Below, piece after piece: positions 40,041-53,829 of a stretch of DNA of 64,000 nucleotides. Source of the DNA: Octopus vulgaris. Taxonomy: Eukaryota. Position 1 is the stretch's first letter. Each line of letters opens with the position of its first letter. The position numbers were made by a program, and so were the translations under genes. The stretch spans positions 14,260,001-14,324,000 of the forward strand of contig OX597832.1 of NCBI GenBank assembly GCA_951406725.2, read 5' to 3'. Under the pieces are notes generated by a model. It was not told the DNA's origin and did not search any database. It was given only the letters and a program-made list of their open reading frames with translations.

Positions 40041-43000
40041 ATGTATTGGGTGAAAATCTGGTTAGCTTTATGCTTCTCAATGAAGAGTTCACATACACTT
40101 ACAACCGTTCAGCCAGTTACACATAACGAATCATTATCCCTTGACGTCTTGAAAACGAAATATTAGATAATATGATCTTGTATGCAAACGGCTTCATAAA
40201 GTACGGGTTGCTAGCGTCTTCAATGTTTGAGATCAGCGTATTGCTCAATCAGGGTTGACTTGAGACTAAACAGTGGAAGACAAACACCCATAATTACCCA
40301 TGTGAAAATCTATTTGGGTTAATTTGTGTGGTACATATATTATTATGATATTTTATCTTCAAATATATCATTTTTGGCAATGCAGACACTAATAATATAT
40401 TTCCAGAAAAGAAATAACAAATAAAACAATAAAAATAACTGTTCAATCGGAAATACTCCAATAGACCAAAACATTGGTAGTTTTGTTCTTGAAATAAAAT
40501 ACAATGCTGGTGAGTATGGAAATCTAATTAAAATAATGAATCAACATATAACACACACTTGATGTTAGGAGTTAAATGTTTCGTGCGTCATTATAAATAC
40601 AGTTTCATAAATAATTACAAGGCTTTATATACTGCTGTGTATATAAATCAATAATTGCTTTGTATCATTTTCTATATTTTGAACTAACTAGAAATTAGTG
40701 TGAATGTAAATTTTATTATACATTCACTGAACTTCCTATTATTAGTCCTATTGCATTGGTTGTTTTTATTTTATTATATTTTCTCTTCATGGCTGGAGAA
40801 GAAATATATCAATTTTTCATCAATAACAATAATATAAATCTTAGAGACTAGGCATGAAAGAGTTCAAGTTTTTTGAAGTGGTTTATACTTAAAGAAAATT
40901 TTCAAATGTAACAACAAGAAATAGCTAACTTTCTTTCGGCTTTACACGGATAGACAATATTAACGAAGCTATTCTAGAGAAAAAATTGAAATCTGTTATC
41001 CAGTTGAAAACAGTATTCTTACGAAGTATATATTAGAAGGGCTATTGTGAGTTAATGTAGCACATTATTTACATTGTAATTACATGTCATTCTGGATTAT
41101 GAATATTTTTGATATCAGAGATCATAACTATATTTCGGCTTGCTGCTGCTGTTTGTCCTGCATGGAGCTTTTTTTAAACCTATATCATAAGAGAGTTTTC
41201 TTATTGCAGTTATAATCGTGTTGATACTTAGGTTTCGATCGCGAGTACTCGCAGGTAGATGAAACAATATATTCTTTATCTATTTTCAACTATTTTAAGC
41301 CTGTTTATAATTTAAAACGCTAAGGTACATTTGCTGCCTCCGTCCATACACAGCAAATATTCTTGCCGGAAGTAAATATACTTTCTTTTGTTCTTTCCGA
41401 CACTACATTGGACTTTTGTGTGCTTAATGTGCATAATATTCTCTGTCTGTATAAACAATTTTTAGATGCTTCGTTTATTTTTTATGCCTTGTAGAAATTA
41501 TGCTGTGTTATGTTGCCTGGAGGTTGTGTAGTACAGTTGTCCTTTGTTACACAGTTTACAGTGATTTCTTGTTTCTTGTTACTGATATTTATTTCCTGCA
41601 TCATATTACTTGTTCTGCCTGATGCAAATAGTACTGTCTCCGACTTTCACAACCAATATCGTGCCAGTAAGTCTAATGCTGCTCAGGTTCTTCTTGAAGT
41701 ATATTAACAACCCAGATGTTGCAATGATATGAACAAAGATTGCCGATGTACTGTGAATAAAGAAACATCATTTTCAATAATGCAAGAACTGATAGGATTG
41801 GACACAAAGAAAAAGGGCAATTACATGGATTATTGTAATATTCTAGTTAACGTGTTCTACGCATTGTTTAAACATTTTAGTTGTTGAAAATATACTCTGG
41901 GTGTACATAAATGCAGTTGACGAATTCATCTACTTCATATCAAGTAATTCACAAAGGATGGGGGGAGTTTCTATCAACGGACATGTGAGCAACATACATA
42001 TATTTCAAACAATGGAGATTTTATCGTACTGTTATTCTGTTGTACAATTAATTGTTTATTAAAGGATAGTGTTCTTATGAAAGTTTTGGACTAAGTATAT
42101 AAACCTATTGCAATTGAAAGTTGTTATATCATACACTGTACGTCCATATATACATATATATGGTAAATGGTAAATGAAAGACGGAAGATGAATGATACGA
42201 GAATTTTATTAATTACTACAACTGTTTCGACTCATCTAGTGCCACTCTTTCATGAGTGGCATATTTAACAGTTTCAGAAGCCTCCGACGGTATAGATGTG
42301 TCTCCTCCGGTGATAAGTAACTATAACTAGTTAATAAGAATTCCGCAAGTTTTCTGAGTTTCTGATATGAATTTTTATTGTAGTTTCTAAATGCTGCTGC
42401 CTACGTTTATGCCACATTCTTCAACATGAAAACTCATTCTATAACTTCTTCAAAAGAGCGCTATTTTTATGGGGTGCGGTGGGGGAGGAAATTACCATTA
42501 GATGGTCTCACTCACAAAGTTTGAAATCTTTATTGATCTACGCTCAAGGAATCTTATATTGCTCTTTATTCAAATCATATGTTTTTGTCTTATAAACCTT
42601 TTCAGAACTCATGGTAACACTTTGATTTTACAGGAATATTCATTGCAAATTTATTCATTTTATTTAAAATTTGAGGCAAGTATCGGTAGTATGCTTTAAA
42701 GCGAGTTCAAAATAGAATATTAGGAACGCCTAATATAGCATTTATATCTTACCTAACATTTGAAACACAAAATACTATAGTTGAGCTACCATAAAAATAT
42801 CATATTGAATATCTTGTATATGAATTAAATTTAGGGAAATATATTTGCACGGAAGAAAATATAAGTAAAAATATTTTTACTCCTGATTAAAGTCGCATTC
42901 CCTGCGATACATTCGACTTTCACTCTATATACATGCAACTGTATGTCTATGGCCGTGCAACTTCGGTACTGCTATGCATATGTATAAACACTTGTACTTA

Positions 43001-43479
43001 TATGATTTTGAATATTTGTTCTGGTCATAGCAGTAAATATTTTATTACTTTAAGCTCCAAAGTGGTTGTGATACACAATTATGTAGAAAGTTCGGTTCCT
43101 TATCTTTTGTTTCCCAGCTTCTACCCTGTGCTATAGGATATTTAGCGTGGATTTTAGCGCCATTTGGTTTCTATATTTAGTGTCAGAGAGGTTCGTCCGA
43201 TTTGTTGATATAATTATATATATATAAATATTAATATATATTATAAAGATTACCTATGAGTTCTTTCACGATGACCACTTGATAGAATCATTTAAATGAT
43301 TTTATCCTTTCTATAAAGAATATAAATATGATCAGATATATTAATTAAAATAGAGGTAAAATAAACACCTTCATTGGATAGAATATATCCAGAATTATAT
43401 GTATTAGTCAAAATATTATAACAAAGCCAATGCTGTGAGGAGTTTTGAGGACGTTTATAAGTAAAGATATATAGATATA

Positions 43480-43527
43480 GTATCACAGCTGTTTCTAGAA
43501 TATTATGGATATCCCTTCATCAGAGAC
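43480..43527 (-). ncRNA. Type I hammerhead ribozyme motif with mutated cleavage triplet
   Basis: Minus strand gtct-CTGATGA-a gggatat ccata atattct a-GAAAC agct GTG|atac: intact core, palindromic ACAGCTGT stem III. The triplet GUG is non-cleavable. Confidence 0.55.
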
Positions 43528-45544
43528 GTTGTGAGATGTTTGAATAGAGGTAAATTTTTCAGTTCGAAAAATGGAATTATTATGGAAAAGGAGGAGTTAG
43601 GTAATATAGAGGAAAATAACAGAATGAGAGTAGAAATAGAATATAAAAAAATGTAGTTGCAGTTCATTTATTCGTGTAAAGTGTTGTATAGAAGTGTTAA
43701 AAATGTTTCCTATATACAGTATGCAATTTCTAACTTATATAGAAATCAGTGGAATCTCAGTTAGTGGAAGTGGCCCGCGAACATCATTATACATTGCGGT
43801 AATAAAGAGTAGAAAAATGAATAATGTCTATGTCAGTTGTGCAGTAGTTACACTAATTTGGCTAGCAGAACATTTCCACTCACATGACAGATTAATTATA
43901 TATAGTCAATGTTATATTAATGGCGTTACTCATTAGATTGAACCCCTGTCGGTTGAAATTCAAATGGAAAGTCTTCTTTCGATTTTAAAGTTGAATATTG
44001 CTAGAGAGGGTGTGGAGGTGTGGGGTAACAATAGAAGCAAATAATCTTCTAGCGAACGAAAGTACACCAGACTATCATATGTGGAAGAAAAATGCGTCTA
44101 GCTTATTTAGTGAACAATCGGATGGCATAAAATATGTGGAAAGGAAATTAAAAATCACTACACAGATTTACGAGAAAAATAATAGAATATTAATTAATTT
44201 TAAATTAATTAAATATTGATTAAATATATATTGTGTTTTCCTATTCAAACGAAAAGTGCATGATGTTAAATATGATAATATTACATGAAATATAATATAA
44301 TAAATATATATCTTGAATAGTTTAGGCAATAGATTGGAAACTGATATTCCTGTATTTGTCCATACGAACATAATAACGAATAAAAGTAGGAAATAATAAT
44401 TGTTTTGGGCAAATTTTCATAAATTGATGTTGTTTTCAAATCTTACTTACACGGATGCAAAACTAATCATCTCTCCTCTCCTTCAATGTTTCGCTCTCTT
44501 CATATATACATACATATGTGTGTGTGTATGTGTGTGCGAGTACGGATGTGTATGTATGGAGGGATTGTTGGATAGATGGATTGATGGACGGATGTATTAT
44601 AACTATGAATAATCAATTGATTTTCGTGCACTAAATTCAAAACCAACATATTTTATTAAATTAATCTTTATCACCTCTATCGAAATTTCTTGGTAGACTC
44701 ACTCTACGTTTCAATGGTTTCCGCTGTTCATGGGAAGTGCAACATAGTGTGGCTTATATCTTCTGAGTGTTGCTTGAATGAATGTCCGAGCAGCCCTTCC
44801 TCTACTGCGTCTCCCGTGAGATGTTTTCCACAGCAGTTGATTGCATACAGCTTCCTGCTTACTTCTTCAACAATCGTAAGTTCCCATCTAAACTTTAATT
44901 TATAGTACGTTCTCACCGGTTTCTGTATTGCACAATCCTACACCAATTTGTGTATCCACCATTTATCTTCTTCTCGAGTGCTGATGTGAGGGTCCAAATA
45001 TCCTATCCATATAACAACATTGACATAAGAAATATTCTGAAAAAACTGTATGTGTTATAAATTAGGGATAACACACATTTAAATGCACTTAAAGTAAAAC
45101 AACAATCGTGCAAATAAACTTTCAGTTAAAGGCATCGAATATTTCCCCTTGTATGGCAGTGTAATTAGCAGCTAGCTTCCCGTCCGTATAGTTACGTGTC
45201 CATGACAACTGCATGGCACTTTCAGCAATTACCTCAACAAGAAAATTGACAGCGTGCATGGTAGATTGAAACTGAAACAGTTCTGGTGTACATATGTATG
45301 TGTGGATTTGAGTATGTGTGGGTTTGAGCGTGCATGGGTTTGAGTTTGTCTTTATAATTCATTACAAATTGAGAATTTCTTGACCTGTAAATTAGCGATT
45401 TACCACAAACTTCCCGAAAGAATAAGAGCCGGGCTTAAAAATTAATTCCCGTTGTGCTTGGTTTGACTGAAAATTTCCCGTCAGTTCCTCACAGTAGGAC
45501 CAGTGTGCAATTACTGAAGCAATAAACGAATTTCAACTCTATAT

Positions 45545-46532
45545 ATACTATCGAATATTGAAGGGAAGTGTTGCAATTGGAAAGATCGAAAAGCGAGTAT
45601 GGGCGGATAGAATTATTTCACTGGAGACAAAAATCAGAGTCTCTAAAGCGTATGCATTGTCTGCACTTCTTTATTCAAGTGAGACATGGAACACTTACAA
45701 ACGTATCATAAAATTTCTGCAGAGATTTGATCAAAAAAGTGACTCAGGCATATCTTAGGAATTAAGAGGGAATGTATCCTACCAGATACAGATATTTTGT
45801 GCATGGCACGTTGCAGCTCAATTGAACAATGTGTTACCTTGTCTCAAATGAATTGGACAGGACAGATTATAAGAATGAAATGTGAGCGGTTTCCAAAGCG
45901 TCTTTTATATGGTGAGCTCAAATATCGTAAACAACCACAGCATAAGTTGAAGAAAATGTATAAAGATTGTGTGAAGGAAAACCTGAAGAAACTGCATTTG
46001 AATAAAAGTGATTGCGAAAATGATACTCTAGATCGGAACAAGTGGAGAGGTGCTGTTAGGACTGTTTGCAATACCTAGGAGAAAGAGATGATACATCGCT
46101 CTGAAGTGAAACGGGCCTGTCGCAAATGAAGAAATGGAACTGTAATCAACATAAACATTGGATATGTATTATATGTGACCATGTTCTGTTGCCAAAGGCA
46201 GTATAAGTGAACCATATAAAGACACTTGAAACTCGTAATGCACAGATAGGTAATGATCTTGGACACCAACCAACTCTTACGACTTGTCTGATATACTAAT
46301 ACACTTGTTAGGCAATATCTGAATTTAAAATACATATGCCATTTCACAAAAACATCCATTCAGATATAGAAGAAACTTGAATATTATCTTTCATTTGCAT
46401 TTTAAATCTTGTCAGCCAGCAGGTGTGCGTAAAAGCCACCTAAGGGCTCATCTACCGAGAGATTGCACGGCATGTTAGGTTGTGGTGTGAGCGATGAGAG
46501 AGGTATCATCTCTCAAGAGGAAGCAATCATCA
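45545..46532 (+). mobile_element. 5'-truncated RTE-clade LINE (RT C-terminus plus 3' end)
   Basis: GKIEKRVWADRIISLETKIRVSKAYALSALLYSSETWNTYKR..FDQK and WTGQIIRMKCERFPKRLLYGEL..YKDCVKENLK..DRNKWRGAV are typical RTE C-terminal motifs. Ends in gaagcaatcatcat; the 3' boundary is tentative. Confidence 0.85.
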
Positions 46533-46636
46533 TATATATATATATGTGTGTGTGTACTTATATGTACATATATGTACATAAGTATATATATACACACACG
46601 CACACAAACACATATATATATATGTGTATGTGTGTG

Positions 46637-46843
<207 letters not shown>

Positions 46844-47184
46844 TATGCATGCATAAATATGTATATAACTACATATGTTTAAATTAATTTTTTATTATAT
46901 ATTTAATAAATATTAACTATGTAATATTCCAAACGTCTCATGAGCGATTTTTCGACGACCGATTGGCTTTATGAAGCTTAAATAATTTGACAAATGTGAC
47001 ATCAATAGATAATATAAAACAGACATTATTGATTTCAATCTATCTAAACTAAACAGAAAATAACACAGATTTAAAATGAACAGCATTAATAATAATAATG
47101 ATTCAGAATAATGATTAAAAATAGCTAGCTCAGCATCGATGATAACAACAAAAACTACATATTACCAATAGTAAAGCAATGGAG

Positions 47185-48056
47185 ATTATAATGATGACGA
47201 CGATTTGTGGTTTCAATGATGGTGATGATGGTGATGATGATGATGATGATGACGAAGATGGTGATCATGATGATGATGATGGCGATAACGATAATGATGA
47301 CGATGGTAATGATGATGATGATGATAATGATAATGATGACGACGATTTGTGGTTTCAATGATGGTGATGATGATGATGATGATAACGACGATGATTATGA
47401 TGATGATGATGACGACGATGGTGATCATGATGATGATGATGGCGATAACGATAATGATGACGATGGTAATGATGGTGATGATGATAATGATGATGATGAT
47501 GACGGCGTCGACGACGATGACGATACTAATGTAAAAGGTGAAGATGTAGAAGGGGAAAAAGAAGAAGGGGGTGCAGAAGAAGAAGAAGACGAAGAAGAAG
47601 AAGAAGAAGAAGAAGAAGAAGAAGAAGACGAAGAAGAAGAAGAAGACGAAGAAGAAGTAGAAGACGTAGAACAACAACAACAGCGACAACAACAACAAAG
47701 ACGATAACATCGAGAATAGCAAAACATCAAGTATTAGAAAAGAAGAAATCGAAGAAAACTCAGATGATGATGATGATGACGACGACGACGACGGTGACAG
47801 TGGTGGTGGTGGTGTAGGTGGTGGTGGTGGTGGTGTTGATGGTGTAGGTGGTGGTGGTGGTGGTGGTGGTTGTGGTGTAGGTGGTGGTCGTGGTCGTGGT
47901 GATGGTGGTGTAGGTGTAGGTGGTGTAGGTGTAGGTGGTGGTGATGGTGGTGGTGGTGGTGGTGGTGATGGTGGAGGTGGAGATGGTGGTGGTGGTGGTG
48001 GGTGTGATGATAACGATCATGCTCATGATCGTGATGCTGATCATGATGATCATGAT
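47185..48056. repeat. Compound trinucleotide array (GAT)n-(GAA)n-(CAA)n-(GGT)n with a 142-bp internal duplication
   Basis: Direct observation; cgatttgtggtttcaatgatggtgatgatg occurs at 47201 and 47343. Confidence 0.95.
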
Positions 48057-48706
48057 ATACGAATGTTTTTCTTAATTTTATCTTGCCATATTCCGCAATT
48101 GATCGATGTGATATTCATTATAATATCCAAGCCGTCCATTATAATGATTTTTATATCTCCTAAATTATCTCTCTAAATCTAACTTAATGTGCCGAATGGT
48201 TAATGTTTATGTACGAAACAAAACAACAAGCAAAGAAATTTTAAAAAAAACACATTTGACATCGATTAATATAGTGATAATAATCGCTGGAAGAGAATTT
48301 GGCCGTGAATCTTTATTTATTCGTATATTTTTTGTAGAAAGAATTTCAGAGGTGATTGTTAATTTACTATATATTTTTGCTTATAGTATCCCACCAATCT
48401 TAATTTGTATTATGATTTTGTTGATTACTACTGATTTAAAATGATTAGTATGATTACTAGGGTAATATAAAATATATTAAAAACAAATTCTGAAAAATTT
48501 CTATGCGATATGAAATCATAAGTAATACGGACACAAATGTTTGAACGCTTCATATGAAGAAAAATTAAGCGAGGATTTTGTAAAAAATTATGGATATAAT
48601 CAATTGCTTCGTAACTTTTCTACTTCAACTATATAGTTATATTCCAAATTAGTTATATAAACGCATTTTATATCTCTTTCTATCTATATCATTCTGTCTA
48701 TTCATC

Positions 48707-48784
<78 letters not shown>

Positions 48785-48790
<6 letters not shown>

Positions 48791-49618
48791 AAGGGTGAAA
48801 TTAATTAATTTGGAATAGATTTCCCACGTCCGTAGGTAACTTAAAATTGTATGTGGGATTGCCGTCATTTCATTCTTTCTTTCTTACCTGTCTGTGTTTG
48901 CCTTTCAAGTGCTGTGTTTTTACTGAGATCCCCCTTTTAGTAGAAGGAATAGCTATATCTCTTTGACTGCTATTTCTAAATTCGGTGTGTTGGTGAGGCA
49001 ATTCGTTGCTAAAACCTTAATTACTTAGTATTACTTAAATTTTCCTCGAATGAGGCTTTTACATGCCGAAATCTACTTGGTGTAATTGATAATTATTCCA
49101 AATTAATTAATTTCACCCTTTATTATTACTGCTAACCATATTTTATTCCAGTAAATGACCGCAGCATTTTGTCTTGGCTACACGCGGGTGGAAGGGGGCT
49201 GGTGACACAAACTTTCATTCAAACTTTGAATTTCGTGGTACTGGTCATGCTTTGGCTCGCTCTGACACTGAGTTGAGATAATGCCTTCTAATATCTCAAA
49301 ATTTAATATACAATTATTCATAATTGTAGTATCCTGCGCCGATGAGAAAAGAAGTTTGGGTAAAGTAGGATTTTCTAATTCTTATGCTCTCCTAAAACTT
49401 GATTTCGAAAGTACGTCCGCAGGTAACTTAAAATTGTATGAGGGATTGCCGTCATTTCATTCTTTCTTTCTTACCTGTCTGTGTTTGCCTTTCAAGTGGT
49501 GTGTTTTTACTGAGATCCCCCTTTTAGTAGAAGGAATAGCTATATATCTTTGACTGCTATTTCTAAATTCGGTGTGTTGGTGAGGCAATTCGTTGCTAAA
49601 CCCTTAATTACTTAGTAT

Positions 49619-49622
<4 letters not shown>
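48785..49622 (+). mobile_element. Retrozyme/Penelope-like non-coding element: 587-bp period partial tandem plus 33-bp inverted segment
   Basis: Near-identical direct repeats 48826-49035 and 49413-49622. Perfect inverted repeat 48785-48817 / 49094-49126. HHR-like fold at 49333-49423. (TA)n on both sides. Confidence 0.75.
49333..49423 (+). ncRNA. Type I hammerhead-like motif with ~60-nt stem II
   Basis: cctgcg-CCGATGA-gaaa..aagtttggg..cctaaaactt..tttc-GAAA-gtac-GTC|cgcagg: perfect 6-bp stem I and GUC triplet. It has a U4>C substitution and lacks the C after GAAA. Confidence 0.55.
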
Positions 49623-49665
<43 letters not shown>

Positions 49666-49700
49666 AAAATACATATATATATATATATATATACATGTAT

Positions 49701-49864
49701 ATGATGGGCTTCTTTCAGTTTCCGTTTATCAAATCGAAGAACAAGGCTCTGGTCGACCCGAGGCTATAGTAGAAGACACTTGCCCAAGGTGCTCCGCAGT
49801 GGGACTGAACCCAGAGCCATGTGGTTAGTAAGCAAGCTACTTACCACGCAGCCACTACTACGCC

Positions 49865-49865
<1 letters not shown>
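49701..49865 (-). mobile_element. SINE family A, 5' half
   Basis: gggcttctttcagtttccg..gacacttgcccaaggtg..gggactgaaccc..agctacttaccacgcagccactactacgcc. Confidence 0.88.
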
Positions 49866-49927
<62 letters not shown>

Positions 49928-49973
49928 CTATCAATCCATACATATGTTTGTGAGTGTATGTATGTATGTATGT

Positions 49974-50037
<64 letters not shown>

Positions 50038-50849
50038 CAAAACACGCAATCTATTCGAAGCTAATACTTCAAAATTAAGTACTTGTTTTTTGAGTACCCT
50101 TTCTCGATTTATTATTTAACATATTTCCCAGAACATGTCATCAACATACATTTACTTGGGAGATATTTTAACATCTATAGTTGTAACTAAACCGAAAGTT
50201 TGAGAGAATATTATCTTCTTGCTTGTCTGTATAAGACGTATTTCGCAAATTATAGATATTGAAAAGAAAAATAGACAGAGATGACAAGGATATAACAAAG
50301 AAATATCATACCCAACAATGATTTAATTTAAACAGTATTACACGTATATGAACATCTGTTATGGCTTTGTTTGTCTATGCTATTTTGGGGGTCGTAAGGC
50401 AGCACAAATCATTTTATTTCTGCACCCGTTTAGAATGAGATTTACTATATGAAAATTTATATTTTAGAATGTTATGGCTATACGTTGTACGCAGATGTTT
50501 TAAAAGATGATAGTTACTAATCTTTTGCTGCATAAGATGTCAACTCCTCCTATATTTATTAACTTCCAAATTATTGTTAATTTAATCTAAGTATATTTGC
50601 GTTTTTCGTTCTGTTTTAAAATGATGAATGCAATTTCCCTTGTGGAATCTAATGAAACTTTACGATATACAAATCAGATTTCTGTCAGTTATCAAATTTC
50701 TATGAAATCAAAACCCTTATCTTAACTAATATATCTGTTTCTTATTGTCTTATTTAACAATCTTCAGTTGTGTTCCTTAAATTCGTAATGATTACATAGA
50801 GGAAATGATTTTTTTACGGAAACACGTGTAGTAAATATTTCGTATTAAT

Positions 50850-51053
50850 CTCTTTTACTCTTTTAAGTGTTTCAGTCATTTGATTGTGGCCATGATGGAG
50901 CAACGCCTTTAGTCGAACAATGTACCCCAGGATTTATTTTTCGTAAGCCTAGTACTTGTTCTCTAATTCTCTTTTGCCGAACCGCTAAGTTACGGGGACG
51001 TAAACACACCGGCATCGGTTGTCAAGCGACGTTGGGGTTACAAACAGACACAC

Positions 51054-51086
<33 letters not shown>

Positions 51087-51332
51087 CGTGTGTGTGTGTG
51101 TGTGTGTGTATGTGCGTGTGTGTGTATGTGTGTGCGTGTGTGTGTGTGCGTGTGCGTGTGTGTGTGTGTGCATATATACGACGGGCTTTTTTCAGTTTCC
51201 GTCTACCAAATCCACTCACAAGGCTTTAGTCGGCCCGAGATTATAGTAGAAGGCACTTGCGCAAGATGCCACGCAGTGTGACTGAACCCGGAACCATGTG
51301 GTTGGTAAGCAAGCTACTTACCACACAGCCAC
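50850..51332 (-). mobile_element. SINE family A, near full length with expanded internal microsatellite
   Basis: Collinear reverse complement of 12049-12386, including the ctcttttactctttt tail. Confidence 0.9.
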
Positions 51333-52075
51333 GCTGAAGAATGTTTCAATGGGAATTCTTTGCTATATATTATAGATGAAATTTTAACTCTTCTTATTTC
51401 TAGCGAAAAAGATTTTTGTTTCTGTTACCATTCAAATTAAAACAGCACTACAGTATAAATATTACTTCTCCTTAGCTTGTAGCTGCATTATCGCAATCGA
51501 TAACGTACTTTGTCATATAAGACTCTGAACAACCGAAGTTGACATTAATGGATTCGATATTACTATTGATGACCACGAAATATTTTCAATATAACCATTC
51601 TTTCATGTAAGCAATGTTATGAGGCCTGTCCAATTATATCTGGTTTTAGGAAAAACTTCGAGCCAGTGACCCTCAAATTATGCTACAGTCATAACACAGC
51701 ATATAAATAAAAGAAATGTGCGACAAAGCGACAGCTGTTCACTGCTATGAAGGGAAGTGTCTGCCATGCATGTCAGTATTGTAATGTGTGTGATCTTATG
51801 GACTCAAACAGTAGTTACATATTTCAGGTATACAATATGGGGCCTTGTCGATATTACCACATCTTCTGTTTAGTTTAAATCCATATTTCAGACTGTTAAC
51901 ATAGTAACATGATGGCTTTGCCAACTTCTCGAGATCTCAAAGGGTTATATGGTGAATGAACATTTCCTTGAAGCAGTAGCTTGTAAGCACAGTAATTTCC
52001 ACGGGAAAACATTACAAGAAATATAATCCGTTAAGCCTACCTTAAAAAATCTGGATCACCGTTCTTCATATTTGC

Positions 52076-52158
52076 GACGGGGTGCTGAAAAGGCTGCTGA
52101 ATTTAGGTAAAAGTAAAACCAGACATTTCACGATACCCTTTTCAGCACCCACCACGTA
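52076..52158. mobile_element. Tiny mariner-like MITE or deletion derivative
   Basis: 14-bp inverted repeat gggtgctgaaaagg (52080-52093) / ccttttcagcaccc (52137-52150), ending ..cgta; resembles mariner TIRs. Confidence 0.5.
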
Positions 52159-53530
52159 AGTGCATACAACTTTGACAAAATTTGTATGTGATCACAATTA
52201 CTGCGACAAATGTCAGCCTCAGCTATTCACTTTAACTTCTGCAACAATTTTAAAAGTAATGGTTTATAAGAGGGTTATAAGTTATGCATATTCTACCTAA
52301 AATGGAAGCTTACAGGACAGTTAGAGGAGTTCCGGCAGATGGTAAGGACATGTTGCACACATAAGTTGGACTTTCTCCGTTTTAAAGGAGATTTTTCAGA
52401 TCTTTTTCACGTTGTCCTTTGAAATTCTTGGGGGATTTTTTGAGAAAAAAATTGAAAAGTGATAAATGTTTTAAACCCTTCATCCTCCGGACACTTCTAG
52501 TCGAATTTCTGGGTACTGCGCATTTAATTCGAAGGTAGAAACATTTTCGTTGAAAAAACAAAAAAATATAAACATACTTTTCAACCACTTATTTATGAAT
52601 TTGTTTCGTGACATGCTACATGTATTTGTTTTTAAAGAAGGGTTTCTTCCCTCGTTTTAAATGCATCGTGCCGAAATCAGTTTCTGAGGTTCGTGGTACG
52701 AATCATCATTCTTCGAAATTCCATTTCGCTAAAAAGATATCTCCTATCATTTCTAAGCGCCATAGAAAGTAATAAGAACATACCCCGTCAAAATGGAAAA
52801 AAATCTACGTTATATATGTCATATCGCTGACCTCCGAGGGAGTGCCTTTATAATGGTCAGCTAAGAGGAATTTCGTTTCAGTAAAAAAATTCTAGTTTGA
52901 AATTTGCTTTCGTTATAGCTGTGGAATATTATCGCATTTGAAGTTTAGATATAGACGAATACGTAGAACATAAGGCCTAGACAATATCGATCAATCGAAG
53001 AATCGTACTTAATCTCCCCTTTTCAATCTTAAAATCACTAAAGGCTGGTGGGTGTTTTAGCTTTATTTTAGTATTGTGAAAGCGAACGTTTAAAACTGTC
53101 GCAAGTAAAATTATCAAGTAAGATTTCTCCGTTACAGTAGAAATCTTTTAATCGATAAGCAAAGGAAAATAAAACAATATATATATATGTCCTCTAATGT
53201 AAGATTGCTTTATTCAGTGACCCAGACATTGTATCAATTTTATCACTTCAGTTTCATCCCAGTAATTCCAAATCAAAAAGAAATGTTTAAAGGGAAGAAG
53301 GGAAACAAACGATTCAAAACAGAAAAAACAACAACAACAAAAAAAAAAACAAAAGGAAAAGAGCTAAAAGAGACAAAAGAATAACGTCCATTTCTTCTGT
53401 CTTCATATCTGATGTATTAAGGTTATGGGGAATAAAGTGGTTTATAACGTACCGCATTGCAATAAACGTGGTCCTTCTTAGACATTCACACTCAAAGAAT
53501 GATTAAAACGGGTCATATATTATCTATATA

Positions 53531-53572
<42 letters not shown>

Positions 53573-53829
53573 GTTCGTTCGTTCGTTCGTTCTATTATTC
53601 TTTGTCTCATTCTCAGACACGCACACTTTCCAACACATTCGCATAGACACAATAGACACACAACCTGATTCTCAGTGGTCGCTCCACCTCTCTCTGATTC
53701 TCACATCCTTCATCACTCTCTTTCTCTCCCCATCTATATTGGGTTATCTTCTCTCTGTATACTCATTAATACACCTACTGTTTCTTCTGAACTATCTCTT
53801 AATCTGACACACACAGTTCAAGTGTGATT

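Noticed and set aside
42215-42240. Half HHR on the minus strand (gtcGAAACagttGTA)
   Set aside because: No matching CUGANGA box found.
44690-44920. Mariner-like HTH fragment on the minus strand
   Set aside because: Similarity too faint to call by eye.
47207-47730. Acidic D/E-rich and poly-S/H/M ORFs
   Set aside because: Trinucleotide microsatellites open in several frames; no splice or domain evidence.
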